A stretch of DNA of 64,000 bases from Gemmatimonadota bacterium (GTDB taxonomy: Bacteria; Gemmatimonadota; Gemmatimonadetes; Gemmatimonadales; GWC2-71-9), in NCBI GenBank assembly GCA_039588295.1, contig JBDHAB010000002.1:128001-192000 (forward strand). Reading direction: 5' to 3'. A program made the translations under genes and the position numbers. Below are positions 19,729 through 29,876 of the stretch, one piece after another; positions within the stretch are counted from its first letter, which is position 1, and the number at the start of each line of letters is the position of its first letter. The notes below the pieces were generated by a model. That model searched no databases. It had not been told where the DNA came from and saw only the letters and a list, made by a program, of their open reading frames with translations.

Positions 19729-20466
19729 ATGTCAAACTCGCGGTGTCACACTCGAACCGTGGCTCGTGTGGCCGTCTGCCTCGTGCTGGCTGGATCTCTG
19801 CCACCCGCAGCCGACGCGCAGGTCGGACACAGGCCCGACGCGTCTCCGTATCGTGAGATCGCCGGGAAGTACTCGCTGACCCTGTTCGGAGGCCAGTCCT
19901 GGGGTTCCGGAGGCAAGGTCGAGGTCGGTCCCGGTGGCGGCCCCTTGGGGGGTGCGCGTTTCGACCTGCACCTCGCCGGCCCAGGGGCGATCCAACTCGG
20001 CCTCGCACTCGGGAGTTTCGACCGCGTGCTGCTCAACCCCAGTGATACCGTCCCGGAAAACCGGGTCCTCGGCACGACATCGCAGTCCGTGATTCTCGTC
20101 GACGGGGGGCTCAACTTCGTGTTCACCGGTGAGAAGACCTGGCACGGCCTGGCGCCGTACCTCGGGGCGTCGCTGGGGCTCGCGCTCGGCGGGGACGTTC
20201 CGGAGGACACGCTCAGCGGCTTCACCTTCTCGACCAAGTTCATTGTCGGTCCGCAACTCGGCGTGCGCTGGCATATCACCGATCGTGTGCTGGTCCGGTT
20301 CGAGGCTCGTGACGTGATCTGGCGGCTCTCATACCCGGGTGGGTTCTTCGAGCTTCCCGAGGGAACCTCCGAGGACGTGGAGCCACTGCTCGACCCACGA
20401 TTCAACAAGCAGACACAGTGGACACATAACCCGATGTTGCTCGCAGCGTTGGGCTGGGTGTTCTAG
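19729..20466 (+). CDS. Outer-membrane beta-barrel protein
   Basis: Signal peptide (start may be GTG 19759), alternating beta strands, C-terminal Phe. Confidence 0.7.
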   Translation: MSNSRCHTRTVARVAVCLVLAGSLPPAADAQVGHRPDASPYREIAGKYSLTLFGGQSWGSGGKVEVGPGGGPLGGARFDLHLAGPGAIQLGLALGSFDRVLLNPSDTVPENRVLGTTSQSVILVDGGLNFVFTGEKTWHGLAPYLGASLGLALGGDVPEDTLSGFTFSTKFIVGPQLGVRWHITDRVLVRFEARDVIWRLSYPGGFFELPEGTSEDVEPLLDPRFNKQTQWTHNPMLLAALGWVF

Positions 20467-20474
20467 CCGCAGCA

Positions 20475-21170
20475 TTGGAGTTCTTCGCAGGCGGCCTTCG
20501 TCGAGGGATCGAGCTCATCCTTGGTGGCGACCCCGATGTGTTCAGCATCACTGCCCTCTCTCTCAGAGTTGCGACCATCTCCACTATTCTCGCGTGCGGG
20601 ATCGGCGTTCCCGTCGGCTTCGTCGTGGGAACAACGCGCTTCTGGGGCCGACGCGCAGCGCTCACGGTGCTCAACACCATGCTGGCCTTCCCCACGGTGG
20701 TCGTCGGCGTACTCGTGTGGGGACTGCTGGCCCGACGGGGCCTCTTCGGCGGTGCCGAGTTGTTGTACACGTGGTGGGCCATCGTGATCGCCGAGGTCCT
20801 GCTTGCGGCGCCGATCGCGGCCGCATTGACCGCGGCGGCCGTGCAGGGCATCGACCCACGAGTACGTCGCACGGCCCTGACGCTCGGCGCGAGTCCGCTG
20901 CGCACGCACCTCGCTGTCGCGCGTGCCGCGCGATTCGCACTCCTCACGGCGGTGGTCGTGGCGTTCGGCCGCGTGCTCGCCGAGGTCGGGGCTGCGATGA
21001 TCGTCGGCGGCAACATTCGACACTACACCCGCACGCTCACCACCGCGGTCGCACTGGCAACCTCACAGGGTGACTTCGGCCTGGCGATCGCTCTCGGCCT
21101 CGTGCTGCTCGCGCTCGCGCTCACGGTAAACGTGCTGCTACAGCTCTTCCAAGGACGCGGAGATGCTTAG
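20475..21170 (+). CDS. tupB: Tungstate/molybdate ABC permease (TupB-like)
   Basis: FPTVVVG, FGRVLAEVGAAMIVGGNI..TRTLTTA motifs. Confidence 0.85.
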   Translation: MEFFAGGLRRGIELILGGDPDVFSITALSLRVATISTILACGIGVPVGFVVGTTRFWGRRAALTVLNTMLAFPTVVVGVLVWGLLARRGLFGGAELLYTWWAIVIAEVLLAAPIAAALTAAAVQGIDPRVRRTALTLGASPLRTHLAVARAARFALLTAVVVAFGRVLAEVGAAMIVGGNIRHYTRTLTTAVALATSQGDFGLAIALGLVLLALALTVNVLLQLFQGRGDA

Positions 21171-22158
21171 GGCCGAGTCGCTGGTGCACGCGTACGGCGG
21201 CCGTACGGTCCTCTCGATCGAATCACTCTCGCTCGACGGAGGCAGCGCGACTGCCGTCGTCGGACCGAACGGCTCTGGCAAGAGCACGCTGCTGAGAATC
21301 CTGGCGCTCGTCGAGCGGCCCCGTGCTGGCACCATTGCGGTTGACGGACAGCCCATTCGATCGGCGGCTGATCGTCGACGGGCGCGACGGCGCGTGACCC
21401 TGGTCGAGCAGTCACCGTACCTCTTCCCCGGCACCGTGCGGGGCAACGTGCTGTACGCGCTGTCGCTACACGGGATCACCGGATCGCGGGCGGCAACACG
21501 GGCCGATGAGGCGCTCACGCGGCTGCATGTCGATGAGTTCGCCGGTCGGCACGCCCGTGCACTCTCCGAGGGCGAGCGGCAGCGTGTTGCCGTCGCTCGG
21601 GCCGTGGCGCTCGAGCCAACTGTTCTGCTGCTCGACGAGCCTGCCGGCGCGGCGGATCGCGCGGCGACCACACAGCTCTATCAGATTCTCGAGGAAGAAC
21701 GGAACCGCGGGGCCGCCGTGTGTCTCGCTTCGCACAACCTCGAGGATGCGTATCGATGGTCGAATCGCATCCTTGCCCTGGCAGATGGACGCACCAGTCC
21801 CGTCACACCCGAGAATCTGTTTCGCACAGTTCTTCCGGACGGTGTTGGCTCCAAGGTCGCACGCGTCGGTCCGCTCGAGGTACATGTCGTCACCGAGCAG
21901 TCGGGTGCCGCGACCATTGCCATTCCGGCAGACGAACTCCTGGTAAGCCTCACCCCGTTGCACTCCAGCGCTCGGAACGAATTCCCCGGTCAAGTGGTTC
22001 GCATCAGCGAGCACGACCCCACGCGAGTGACGCTCACGGTGGATGTGGGTGTGGATCTCGCCGTCCGGATCACCCGACCTGCATTGAATGATCTCGGTAT
22101 CGAGCTCGGTACCCGTGTCGTGCTCGCCATCAAGGCCCTGGCGGTGCGAGTCTTCTGA
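21163..22158 (+). CDS. tupC: ABC ATPase with C-terminal TOBE domain (TupC/ModC-like)
   Basis: GPNGSGKST, LSEGERQR, LLDEP; SSARN TOBE motif. Confidence 0.8.
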   Translation: MLRAESLVHAYGGRTVLSIESLSLDGGSATAVVGPNGSGKSTLLRILALVERPRAGTIAVDGQPIRSAADRRRARRRVTLVEQSPYLFPGTVRGNVLYALSLHGITGSRAATRADEALTRLHVDEFAGRHARALSEGERQRVAVARAVALEPTVLLLDEPAGAADRAATTQLYQILEEERNRGAAVCLASHNLEDAYRWSNRILALADGRTSPVTPENLFRTVLPDGVGSKVARVGPLEVHVVTEQSGAATIAIPADELLVSLTPLHSSARNEFPGQVVRISEHDPTRVTLTVDVGVDLAVRITRPALNDLGIELGTRVVLAIKALAVRVF

Positions 22159-22180
22159 GCCCTAGGTAGATTGCGACACG

Positions 22181-22615
22181 ATGCCCCTTGTCCGCTTGAC
22201 ACGCGTGGTTCCGTTCAGCGCCGCTCACCGATACTTCCGGCCGGAATGGTCAACGCAACAGAACGCCGAAGTCTTCGGGACGTGCTCGAGCGAGCACGGA
22301 CACGGGCACAGCTATCAGTGCCGCGTGACCGTGATCGGGCCCATGGACCCGGAAACGGGAATGGTCATCAATCTCCGCGACCTCGACGAGATCCTGCAAG
22401 ACGAAGTCAAACAGCGCTTCGATCACCGCTTCATCAACCACGACGTGCCCGAGTTCGCGTTCGGCGCGCAGATCCCGACCGGTGAGGCGCTTGCGGTGTA
22501 TATCTGGGAGCAGGTGACCAGACGGCTGCCGGCCGGGGTCCGCCTCGAGTGCGTCCGGGTCCAGGAAGAACCACACCTGTACGCCGAATACCGTGGAGAG
22601 GAGAGCCATCGGTGA
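22181..22615 (+). CDS. 6-pyruvoyl/6-carboxy-tetrahydropterin synthase (QueD/PTPS family)
   Basis: FSAAH, C..HGHGH, FDHRFIN and PTGE motifs. Confidence 0.88.
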   Translation: MPLVRLTRVVPFSAAHRYFRPEWSTQQNAEVFGTCSSEHGHGHSYQCRVTVIGPMDPETGMVINLRDLDEILQDEVKQRFDHRFINHDVPEFAFGAQIPTGEALAVYIWEQVTRRLPAGVRLECVRVQEEPHLYAEYRGEESHR

Positions 22616-23448
22616 GAAGCGCCGTCACACGTCTTGCGTATGTTCTGCCGCTGGTGTGTCTCCTGGCCTCCGCAGCCGTGCCCCCAGCCGTTGCCCAAGT
22701 CCGTCCGGAACCGCGGCTTATGTTCTCGGTGTTCGGTGGTGTCGCGTATCACGGGAGCTTGTGGCGTATCGACAAGCAGCCGCTGCTGCTCCCGTTCGGC
22801 GTAGTCATGAGGGATACACTCACACTCAGTCGCCGGCTGACAGCTGCTCCGATGGTCGGTCTGAACGCTACCTACTACAGCTCGGCGAACCTCGGTTTCA
22901 CCGCCGAGGCCGTGTATCTAGCCCTGCGCACAGACGACAACTGCGTCATGCAGTTCACCAACCTCGATTTGCAGAACCGTAACACGCAAGTGTGTAACGA
23001 CATCACGCAACGGACCCGTACGTCCTCCAACGCCGGGTTCACGCTCGGAGTGGCATATCGCCTGGCGCCGCGCAGTCCCGTCACTCCGTACGGACGTCTC
23101 CAAGCGGGGGCCTCGATCCGAAGTTCGAACGTCATCAACATGGCTGGCCGCTTCAACGAGACGGATGCGAACGGCAATCTGCTCACGCAGGAGCGCACGG
23201 TGATCCTGGATGAGACGGAGACGAGACTGCACCCACTTCTTATTGCAGCGGTCGGTCTCACCTTCAGCGTCTCGCCCGGCTACCAGCTCCGGATGGAGGT
23301 GCGAGACCATGTGATCGTGTTGCGGCGTCCCACCGGTCCGGCCAACGATCTCGCACGGGCCGACGTGGAGAGCTTTCTGGGTCACGCACCCGCCCTCGTG
23401 TTCGGCATCGACATCGTCCTCGAGCAGAGGCGGGGCCGACGATACTAA
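22612..23448 (+). CDS. Outer-membrane beta-barrel protein
   Basis: GTG overlaps the upstream stop; signal peptide; amphipathic beta strands. Confidence 0.7.
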   Translation: MRSAVTRLAYVLPLVCLLASAAVPPAVAQVRPEPRLMFSVFGGVAYHGSLWRIDKQPLLLPFGVVMRDTLTLSRRLTAAPMVGLNATYYSSANLGFTAEAVYLALRTDDNCVMQFTNLDLQNRNTQVCNDITQRTRTSSNAGFTLGVAYRLAPRSPVTPYGRLQAGASIRSSNVINMAGRFNETDANGNLLTQERTVILDETETRLHPLLIAAVGLTFSVSPGYQLRMEVRDHVIVLRRPTGPANDLARADVESFLGHAPALVFGIDIVLEQRRGRRY

Positions 23449-23451
23449 CCC

Positions 23452-24069
23452 GTGCGTAGCGCCATTCTCGCCGGCGGCAACGCCAGGCGGTTCGCGGGTC
23501 GTCTCAAAGGGCTTGAGCGAATCGGTGACGAACGATTGTTGGATCGTGTCGTGCGAGTCGCGAAGGCCGCGACTCATACGCCACCCCTCCTCATCGCAAA
23601 CGACCCCGACGCCGCCGCCTGGCGTCCTGATCTGACAGTCGTGAACGATCGAGTTCCCGGCTGTGGTAGCCTAGGCGGCATCTACACGGCGCTCACAGCG
23701 GCACGCGGACCAGTGCTGGTGCTCGCGTGGGACATGCCGTTTCTCAGTGCCGAGCTCCTGACAGCTTTGGTGGCGGGCGCAGCTGACTTCGACGCCTATA
23801 TCCCGGAAAGCAACGGGCCACGCGGTCTGGAGCCACTCTGTGCGGTGTACGCGGAAGCTTGCACCGACGCGGTTCGCGCATGCCTCGAGTCACAGCGGTT
23901 AGCGGCCAATGCGTTTCACGATGCCATACGACTGGGGATCTTGCCGCTTGCGTCGGTCAGAACCTTCGGTGACCCTGCGGTGCAGTTCCTGAACGTCAAC
24001 CGACCAGAAGATCTCACACATGCACAACAGATCTGGCAGGAACGACAAGCTCTCGATGCCAAACGCTGA
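23452..24069 (+). CDS. mobA: Molybdenum cofactor guanylyltransferase
   Basis: ILAGG..RF..K, GSLGGI, WDMPF, EPLCAVY, NVNRPED. Confidence 0.92.
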   Translation: MRSAILAGGNARRFAGRLKGLERIGDERLLDRVVRVAKAATHTPPLLIANDPDAAAWRPDLTVVNDRVPGCGSLGGIYTALTAARGPVLVLAWDMPFLSAELLTALVAGAADFDAYIPESNGPRGLEPLCAVYAEACTDAVRACLESQRLAANAFHDAIRLGILPLASVRTFGDPAVQFLNVNRPEDLTHAQQIWQERQALDAKR

Positions 24070-25342
24070 GTCACAGACAAGTACTGAGCCCCCGACCGCG
24101 CTCGCTCCCGCTGAGGCAGCGACCGCCATCCTCGGTGAGGTTGCCCGGCTCGGCAGCGAGCGTGTGCCACTGGTGAGTTCGCTGGGGCGGGTACTGTCTC
24201 ACGACGTCAAGAGCCCGATCGACATACCGCAGTGGGACAACTCGGCGATGGACGGATACGCTGTGCGTCGCGCGGACATCACGATCACGGGTGACAAGAA
24301 GGTCGTGTTGAAAGTGGTGGACTCGATACCGGCAGGCGCGTTTCCCAGCGGACCCATCCACGCCGGAGAATGCATGCAGATCTTCACCGGCGCACCGGTC
24401 CCCAATGGCGCCGATACCGTCGTCCGACAGGAGGACACGACGCGTATCGACGAGCAGCGCGTGCGCATCAACGACCCGCGGGACGCCGGCCGCAACATCC
24501 GCAAACGCGGTGAAGACATTCAAAAGAGTGCGCTCGTGCTCGAGCGAGGGACGGAGATCGGGCCAGCGCAAATCGGCGTGCTTGCGTCCATCGCCGCCGC
24601 CGAGGCTCCCGTCACTCGAATCCCTTTTGTCGCTATCCTGTCCACCGGGGACGAGATTGCAGACCTGGACGAGCGCAAGGCGATCCTGAACGGCACCAAG
24701 ATCGCATCATCCAACTCGTACACCATGGCCGCGATGGCGATAGTAGCCGGTGCGGAGCCGCTCAGCCTCGGCATTGCCAAAGACAACCCAGATGAGATCC
24801 GAGCGCTCCTCACCAGCGCGGGGACTGTCGACCTGCTGGTCACCTCGGGCGGAATGAGCGTCGGCGAGCACGATCACCTGCGGCAGATCCTCCGGGACGA
24901 AGCCACCCAGATGAAGTTCTGGCGCCTCAGGACCCGCCCAGGAGCACCGGTCGGGTTCGGTATCCTCAACGGCCGCCCGTGGATCGGTCTTCCCGGCAAT
25001 CCGGTCAGCACCATGGTCACATTCGAGCTATTCGTCCGTCCGGCGATCCGGAAGCTCAGGGGACACCTGAAGCCGTTTCGGCGCACGCGGCTCGTGCGGC
25101 TGACGCAGACGATCAAGACCAACGCGCCACTCACACATTTCCTCCGCGTCGTCGTCTCGGAGGAGAAGGACGGACTCTCGGCCCGACTGACCGGGCCCCA
25201 GGGATCCGGCATCCTCAGCTCGATGGCCAAGGCCGACGCACTCATGATCGTGCCGGAAGATCGGCAGGTGGTGAAGGCCGGGGAGACGCTCCAGGCCATA
25301 TTGCTCAACGAGACGGAGCATGTGGCAGAAGTGCCGTATTAG
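24056..25342 (+). CDS. moeA: Molybdopterin molybdotransferase
   Basis: SAMDGYA, TGAPVP, STGDE, SGGMSVG, LPGNPVS, QGSG. Confidence 0.95.
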   Translation: MPNAESQTSTEPPTALAPAEAATAILGEVARLGSERVPLVSSLGRVLSHDVKSPIDIPQWDNSAMDGYAVRRADITITGDKKVVLKVVDSIPAGAFPSGPIHAGECMQIFTGAPVPNGADTVVRQEDTTRIDEQRVRINDPRDAGRNIRKRGEDIQKSALVLERGTEIGPAQIGVLASIAAAEAPVTRIPFVAILSTGDEIADLDERKAILNGTKIASSNSYTMAAMAIVAGAEPLSLGIAKDNPDEIRALLTSAGTVDLLVTSGGMSVGEHDHLRQILRDEATQMKFWRLRTRPGAPVGFGILNGRPWIGLPGNPVSTMVTFELFVRPAIRKLRGHLKPFRRTRLVRLTQTIKTNAPLTHFLRVVVSEEKDGLSARLTGPQGSGILSSMAKADALMIVPEDRQVVKAGETLQAILLNETEHVAEVPY

Positions 25343-25380
25343 TGGGAAGAGATACGGAGGAAGGGAGAAGGGAAGCTACA

Positions 25381-25842
25381 TCATTCCACTGCAACGTACC
25401 CGGTGATCACACCGACACCGAGGAGCACCACGACGGCGCCGATCGCCGTGAGCGCGTACACGTGCCACGTGGGCCCTGGCTCCAACACGGCGCGAGCGGG
25501 TTTCTCCGGATCGTAGTACACTCGAACCTTCGACCCAGCAGGGTATCGATCCACTCTCCGAACCGCCCCGGCGGAGGAACTCACCGACACCCCGTCACCG
25601 AAGAACACCCGGTTCGCAACAAGCGGCTTTCCTCCCACTTCATATCGGTAGGAAACCTCCGCCTGATACATCGTGCTTCCGTCGGAATCCTCGTCCCGCT
25701 GGAGATCCGACACGGCCACCTCACCATCCGTGGAAGGCCACGCTCGGCTCACCTGCGCAAACGTCAGTATGCGATAGCCATAGAGCAGAACGCCGAGACC
25801 GGTGGCCGCAACCACGGTGCCAAGCAGATTGACGAAGGTCAT
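25381..25842 (-). CDS. DUF3592 domain membrane protein
   Basis: TM, WPSTDG, YRYEVGG, VYYDPEKP, TM pattern. Confidence 0.85.
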   Translation of the reverse strand: MTFVNLLGTVVAATGLGVLLYGYRILTFAQVSRAWPSTDGEVAVSDLQRDEDSDGSTMYQAEVSYRYEVGGKPLVANRVFFGDGVSVSSSAGAVRRVDRYPAGSKVRVYYDPEKPARAVLEPGPTWHVYALTAIGAVVVLLGVGVITGYVAVE

Positions 25843-25863
25843 GGAGCTACGATACCCCCTCGA

Positions 25864-27237
25864 TCACCGCGGCCACGTCCTCGCACATCCGCTGCGTCCG
25901 GTCGCTTCACCAAAGTCACTCGTGGGGAGCGTGTCCGCGGCGAGGACGAATCGTCGGTATTCCGCTGAGCCTGCCTGGCCATAGGCTTGCACAACGAACC
26001 GTTCCAGGTCACCACTCGTGAGGCCCCGACGCGGCTCGGCGAAGATCGGCCTGAGCACCGCTCGTAAGCCGCTCCCACGGCGTCGGCCCAACTGGTCCAG
26101 CCGACGTACGAAGAGTGCACCCTTGCTGTAAACGAGTCGCTGTGATCTGGAGTCGCGCGAGTACCCGCTGGACGCTTCGGCCAGACCGACGCTTCCGGAT
26201 GACTCCAAGAATCGCATCTCCGCCTGGAGGTCGGCAAAACAAGCCCGCCGCAATGCCTCCGAGATCAGGCCCGTCTCATGCGCCGAGACAATACCGACGT
26301 ATTGCGCGAACCCCTCCGTGAACCAACGCGCATCTGGGGAAACGAGGTCCGCTCGCATCCACCAGTGAAACAGCTCGTGCGCCAGCAAGATCGCGCTCGG
26401 TGCCAGCACCGCCGACGCTGCTCCGGCGGCGCCGCCCTGCATGAAGGTTCCCGGGATCACCACTACGCTTCGACGGCCCGGCGACTCGAACCCGGAGCCG
26501 ACAAGCGCGACTTCGTAGCGGAGCAGGTCACGGATCTGCGCCGGAGTGACCTGCCCATCGGTCCCATACACACCCATCTGCACTTGACTGCCACCGATCA
26601 GAACCGTCTGCCACCGGAACGGACCTACGCCGAGGTAGTCCACTCGTGGACGCCGGGTCCACGGGACCCAGTAGCCCGATCTCCGCGGCTCCCATGGAGT
26701 GATCGCCGTCCAGCGCCCGGGCAGCTGGAACGTCACGTACGCGCCGACACCGTCCAGGCTCAGCACCGGCAGCAGTGACGTCGTCCGGAGCACCGCTACG
26801 TCTCTCGAAGCTCTGCTTCTCGCATCAGCCGGCGAATCACGCTCCATTCCCGACGGGAAGTACGTAGGATCGATCTGGTATTCGATACTGATTGTCGAGG
26901 GATCGCTCGGCAGGGCGATATCGAATGTGAGAGGAGTTCCGCCGCGTCGGTTGACCCGGAGCGCACGCGCCTGGCTGGTTACGCGCACGGCCTGAACCTG
27001 CCTCGAGGTTCCGGGAAGATCGACGAAGAACAGCGTCAGCGAACGGCGATCTGCCAAGGCACGCGCGGCGATGCGGCCTTGCACCGATATCTGCCGGGGC
27101 GACGACGTATCGTATCGGACGTGCCAGCTCAGTGACTCCGGCTGCTGCAACGCTCGGGCCTGCTCAGCAGCGGATACCGCAGCCACCAAAGAGGCGGCTG
27201 CGAAGAGCAGCGATGCAGTGTTGGGCAGCCGTGTCAC
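25864..27237 (-). CDS. Secreted gluzincin metallopeptidase (M1/M61-like)
   Basis: Signal peptide, HELFH..WFTEGFAQY, YSKGAL. Confidence 0.8.
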   Translation of the reverse strand: MTRLPNTASLLFAAASLVAAVSAAEQARALQQPESLSWHVRYDTSSPRQISVQGRIAARALADRRSLTLFFVDLPGTSRQVQAVRVTSQARALRVNRRGGTPLTFDIALPSDPSTISIEYQIDPTYFPSGMERDSPADARSRASRDVAVLRTTSLLPVLSLDGVGAYVTFQLPGRWTAITPWEPRRSGYWVPWTRRPRVDYLGVGPFRWQTVLIGGSQVQMGVYGTDGQVTPAQIRDLLRYEVALVGSGFESPGRRSVVVIPGTFMQGGAAGAASAVLAPSAILLAHELFHWWMRADLVSPDARWFTEGFAQYVGIVSAHETGLISEALRRACFADLQAEMRFLESSGSVGLAEASSGYSRDSRSQRLVYSKGALFVRRLDQLGRRRGSGLRAVLRPIFAEPRRGLTSGDLERFVVQAYGQAGSAEYRRFVLAADTLPTSDFGEATGRSGCARTWPR

Positions 27238-27241
27238 TCCC

Positions 27242-27874
27242 TCACTCCTTTGCGAAATTGAGCGTGAATGCCCACCACGAGCCGAACGACTCGACGACGC
27301 GGAAACCCACCGCTTCGGCGAGCGCGCGGACTTGGCGCCGCGATTGATAATGCGGATCCGGTAACGCTTCCGTCACCGATAGCATACCGCCGGGCTTCAG
27401 TGCTTGATGAATCTCGCGCAGTGCCGCCCCGCGATCCACGATCTCGCCAAGGACGGTGACCAGGAACGTTCGGTCAAAGGTCTCGCACGGTACCCTCCCG
27501 TCCCCGGCCCCGCCGAGCACGGCTTCCACATTCGTCACGCTATGACGATCGAGCTTCTGCTGGAGCTTGGCCAGCATTCCCGGCTGGAGATCCAGGGCCA
27601 CGACCCGGCCTGTCGGACCGACGTGCCGTGCGACGGGCACGGTCACGCGCCCGGGACCACATCCAACGTCGAGGACGTCCATCCCCGGTGTCACGTGTGC
27701 GCGCTCGATGAGCGTGGCACTTCCTGCCACGGCCTCGAAGTACGGGGTTTCTAGGAGAACGGACAGCCACACGGGACAGGCTGTGGAGTGGCGGCGTGAC
27801 ACAACGCGCAGTGCGACAACCAGCGAAACCAGCGCGACGAGGACAACCGCGATGACGCCGAGCGTGGCGTTCAT
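27242..27874 (-). CDS. Class I SAM-dependent methyltransferase with N-terminal TM
   Basis: VLDVGCGPG, LKPGG. Confidence 0.88.
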   Translation of the reverse strand: MNATLGVIAVVLVALVSLVVALRVVSRRHSTACPVWLSVLLETPYFEAVAGSATLIERAHVTPGMDVLDVGCGPGRVTVPVARHVGPTGRVVALDLQPGMLAKLQQKLDRHSVTNVEAVLGGAGDGRVPCETFDRTFLVTVLGEIVDRGAALREIHQALKPGGMLSVTEALPDPHYQSRRQVRALAEAVGFRVVESFGSWWAFTLNFAKE

Positions 27875-27892
27875 CGACAGGGAACCGCGGAC

Positions 27893-28540
27893 TCACCCAA
27901 GAGACTCTCCGTCGTCCTCCGGCCCCGACCCGGATCGCCTGAACAGGCAGTACAGAAAGTCCTGCACCGCCCCACTCGGGGTGTGATGTCCTTCCACCTG
28001 GCTCTCGACCAGCACGAATTCCGAACCGACCAGCTGGCACAGCATCTCGGAACCATAGCGCTGCACGTCCAGGCCACTGCACCGGGTTGGGCCAGTGGGC
28101 CCAAAGGTCGCGATGATCGCGTAGCCGTTGGACGTAAGGGATCGGAGCAACGTGTCGCGGTACGCTTGACGCGCTTCATCCTCCAGCAGGAAATGCAGCA
28201 CGGCGCGGTCGTGCCAGATGTCCCACTGATGTGGCGATACGAACGTGGTAACGTCCGCCGAGAACCACTCGACTCGCTCTGCGCTCTGCCCGAGACGCTG
28301 CTGTACCTGGTGCAACGCGTGCTCAGCGATATCAAGGACCCCGATCTTCGTGTAGCCTGCCGCCAGCAGCGTGTCTACCAGCGTAGACGTACCTCCACCA
28401 ACGTCGAGCACGCGCGCCGTAGCGTCGAGGCCTGTAGCCTCGATGAGCTCCAAGGAAAGGCTCGGACGCTCTTGGTACCAGCTCAACCGGTCCGACGCCT
28501 TCTTGGTGTACACCGTTTCCCAATGATCTTTGGGCTTCAT
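27893..28540 (-). CDS. Class I SAM-dependent methyltransferase
   Basis: HWETVY, LDVGGGTS, WHDRAVLHFL, GPTRCSGL. Confidence 0.9.
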   Translation of the reverse strand: MKPKDHWETVYTKKASDRLSWYQERPSLSLELIEATGLDATARVLDVGGGTSTLVDTLLAAGYTKIGVLDIAEHALHQVQQRLGQSAERVEWFSADVTTFVSPHQWDIWHDRAVLHFLLEDEARQAYRDTLLRSLTSNGYAIIATFGPTGPTRCSGLDVQRYGSEMLCQLVGSEFVLVESQVEGHHTPSGAVQDFLYCLFRRSGSGPEDDGESLG

Positions 28541-28564
28541 CCGATGCCTCTCAACGGTACGTGG

Positions 28565-28762
28565 TCACGACTGCGGCATGCGTTGCTCCCGCCAGAGCCA
28601 AATCGCCAGGGCAGCGGGCACCAAGACCGCCACGACACTGGGCCACATCGGAACAACAACGTCGTCGCCGACCATGAGCGAGACGTTGAATACGAGACGG
28701 CAGAGATGGGCTAATGCGATCAGTAGCAGGAAGAGCCCACTCAGGAGCGCTGCTGGTTTCAC
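28565..28762 (-). CDS. Small two-TM membrane protein (65 aa)
   Basis: GTG start after a purine-rich RBS; two hydrophobic segments. Confidence 0.65.
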   Translation of the reverse strand: MKPAALLSGLFLLLIALAHLCRLVFNVSLMVGDDVVVPMWPSVVAVLVPAALAIWLWREQRMPQS

Positions 28763-28835
28763 TGATCTCTCCCCCGTCTCCTCAAAGATCGAGACAGTCG
28801 AAAGCGGGAACGCGCCGAGTCGCAGCTTGCGAAGC

Positions 28836-29813
28836 TCACTGGAACCGCTCGGCGTAGCCACTCGCCTCGAATATCCCCAAGAAGTCCCGCAACTCGACGA
28901 TGTCCCGCAGCGCTGTGGCCTTGTCACTGGCCCGTTGATGGTAGGCCTCCACGATTCTGTATCCGATGAAGTAGCCCAGATCTGCGGGCCGGCCGTCTCC
29001 CGGTTGTGCATAGAGCCAATCACCGAAATCCGATCCCGACATCACCATCACGAATTCGTTCCATAACTCTGCCTCATGGGCTTGCCCGTACGTATGTGCG
29101 CGCGGGTTGATATGCCCACCTGAAACCTGTTCAGCCACGTAGTCGGCGGCGCCCTCTCGCATGGCCTGGTGGAGCAGCGTATTTCGCCATCGGCCCAACT
29201 GGAAACGGTGCGCCAATTCATGGGCGACGATGTGGGGAAGCCACTCGAATGGCTTCGTGTTGGCTCGAGCCCATTCGTTCAGCTCCTCGACCGGAGTAGC
29301 AGCGTCTCTGGCAAACAGTTCCGCGCCAATGACGAGCCCCGGCGTGACATTGATGCCGCCGGTGCGGAGCCAACCCACGATGAAGTAGACGTCGGGGAAT
29401 GACCCACGAGGATAGAGTCGCTTGAACTCACGGAAGCTGTCCAGAATGCGATCGCGGAGTACGACCGACGTGTCGATAGCGAGCGTGTTTTCCCGCACGG
29501 CGGCATAATATTCGCGCGCATCGAGCACGGCTTCGGCAAACCGCTCCGCATCCTCGAATCGTGCCTCTTGGAACGCGGCGAGACCGGCCGTGCCACCATT
29601 CAGATAGTCCCGTTCGAAGATCTCCGCGGCATCCTCGAACGTGACATCACCGGGGAGCCGGTCGAAGGCCCGCCAGAACCGGGGGATGTCCTCGGTCACG
29701 AGCCTCACCGACTCGACGCTGCCATGACCCGACGGTGCCACCCGGCCCGGGCCGGCACACGCCGGCACCACGACCGTCAGGAGGAACAGCGCGCGGACTC
29801 GCCGATAGCGCAT
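28836..29813 (-). CDS. DUF2268-type predicted Zn-dependent protease, lipoprotein
   Basis: Lipobox-like PAC, HELAH..EGAADY, DLGYFIGY. Confidence 0.8.
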   Translation of the reverse strand: MRYRRVRALFLLTVVVPACAGPGRVAPSGHGSVESVRLVTEDIPRFWRAFDRLPGDVTFEDAAEIFERDYLNGGTAGLAAFQEARFEDAERFAEAVLDAREYYAAVRENTLAIDTSVVLRDRILDSFREFKRLYPRGSFPDVYFIVGWLRTGGINVTPGLVIGAELFARDAATPVEELNEWARANTKPFEWLPHIVAHELAHRFQLGRWRNTLLHQAMREGAADYVAEQVSGGHINPRAHTYGQAHEAELWNEFVMVMSGSDFGDWLYAQPGDGRPADLGYFIGYRIVEAYHQRASDKATALRDIVELRDFLGIFEASGYAERFQ

Positions 29814-29876
29814 GGGTGAGTCCATCTACACTCCGCGTCGCTTTGGTTCCCTCTTTGCGCCATGCCGAGCAGCCGG

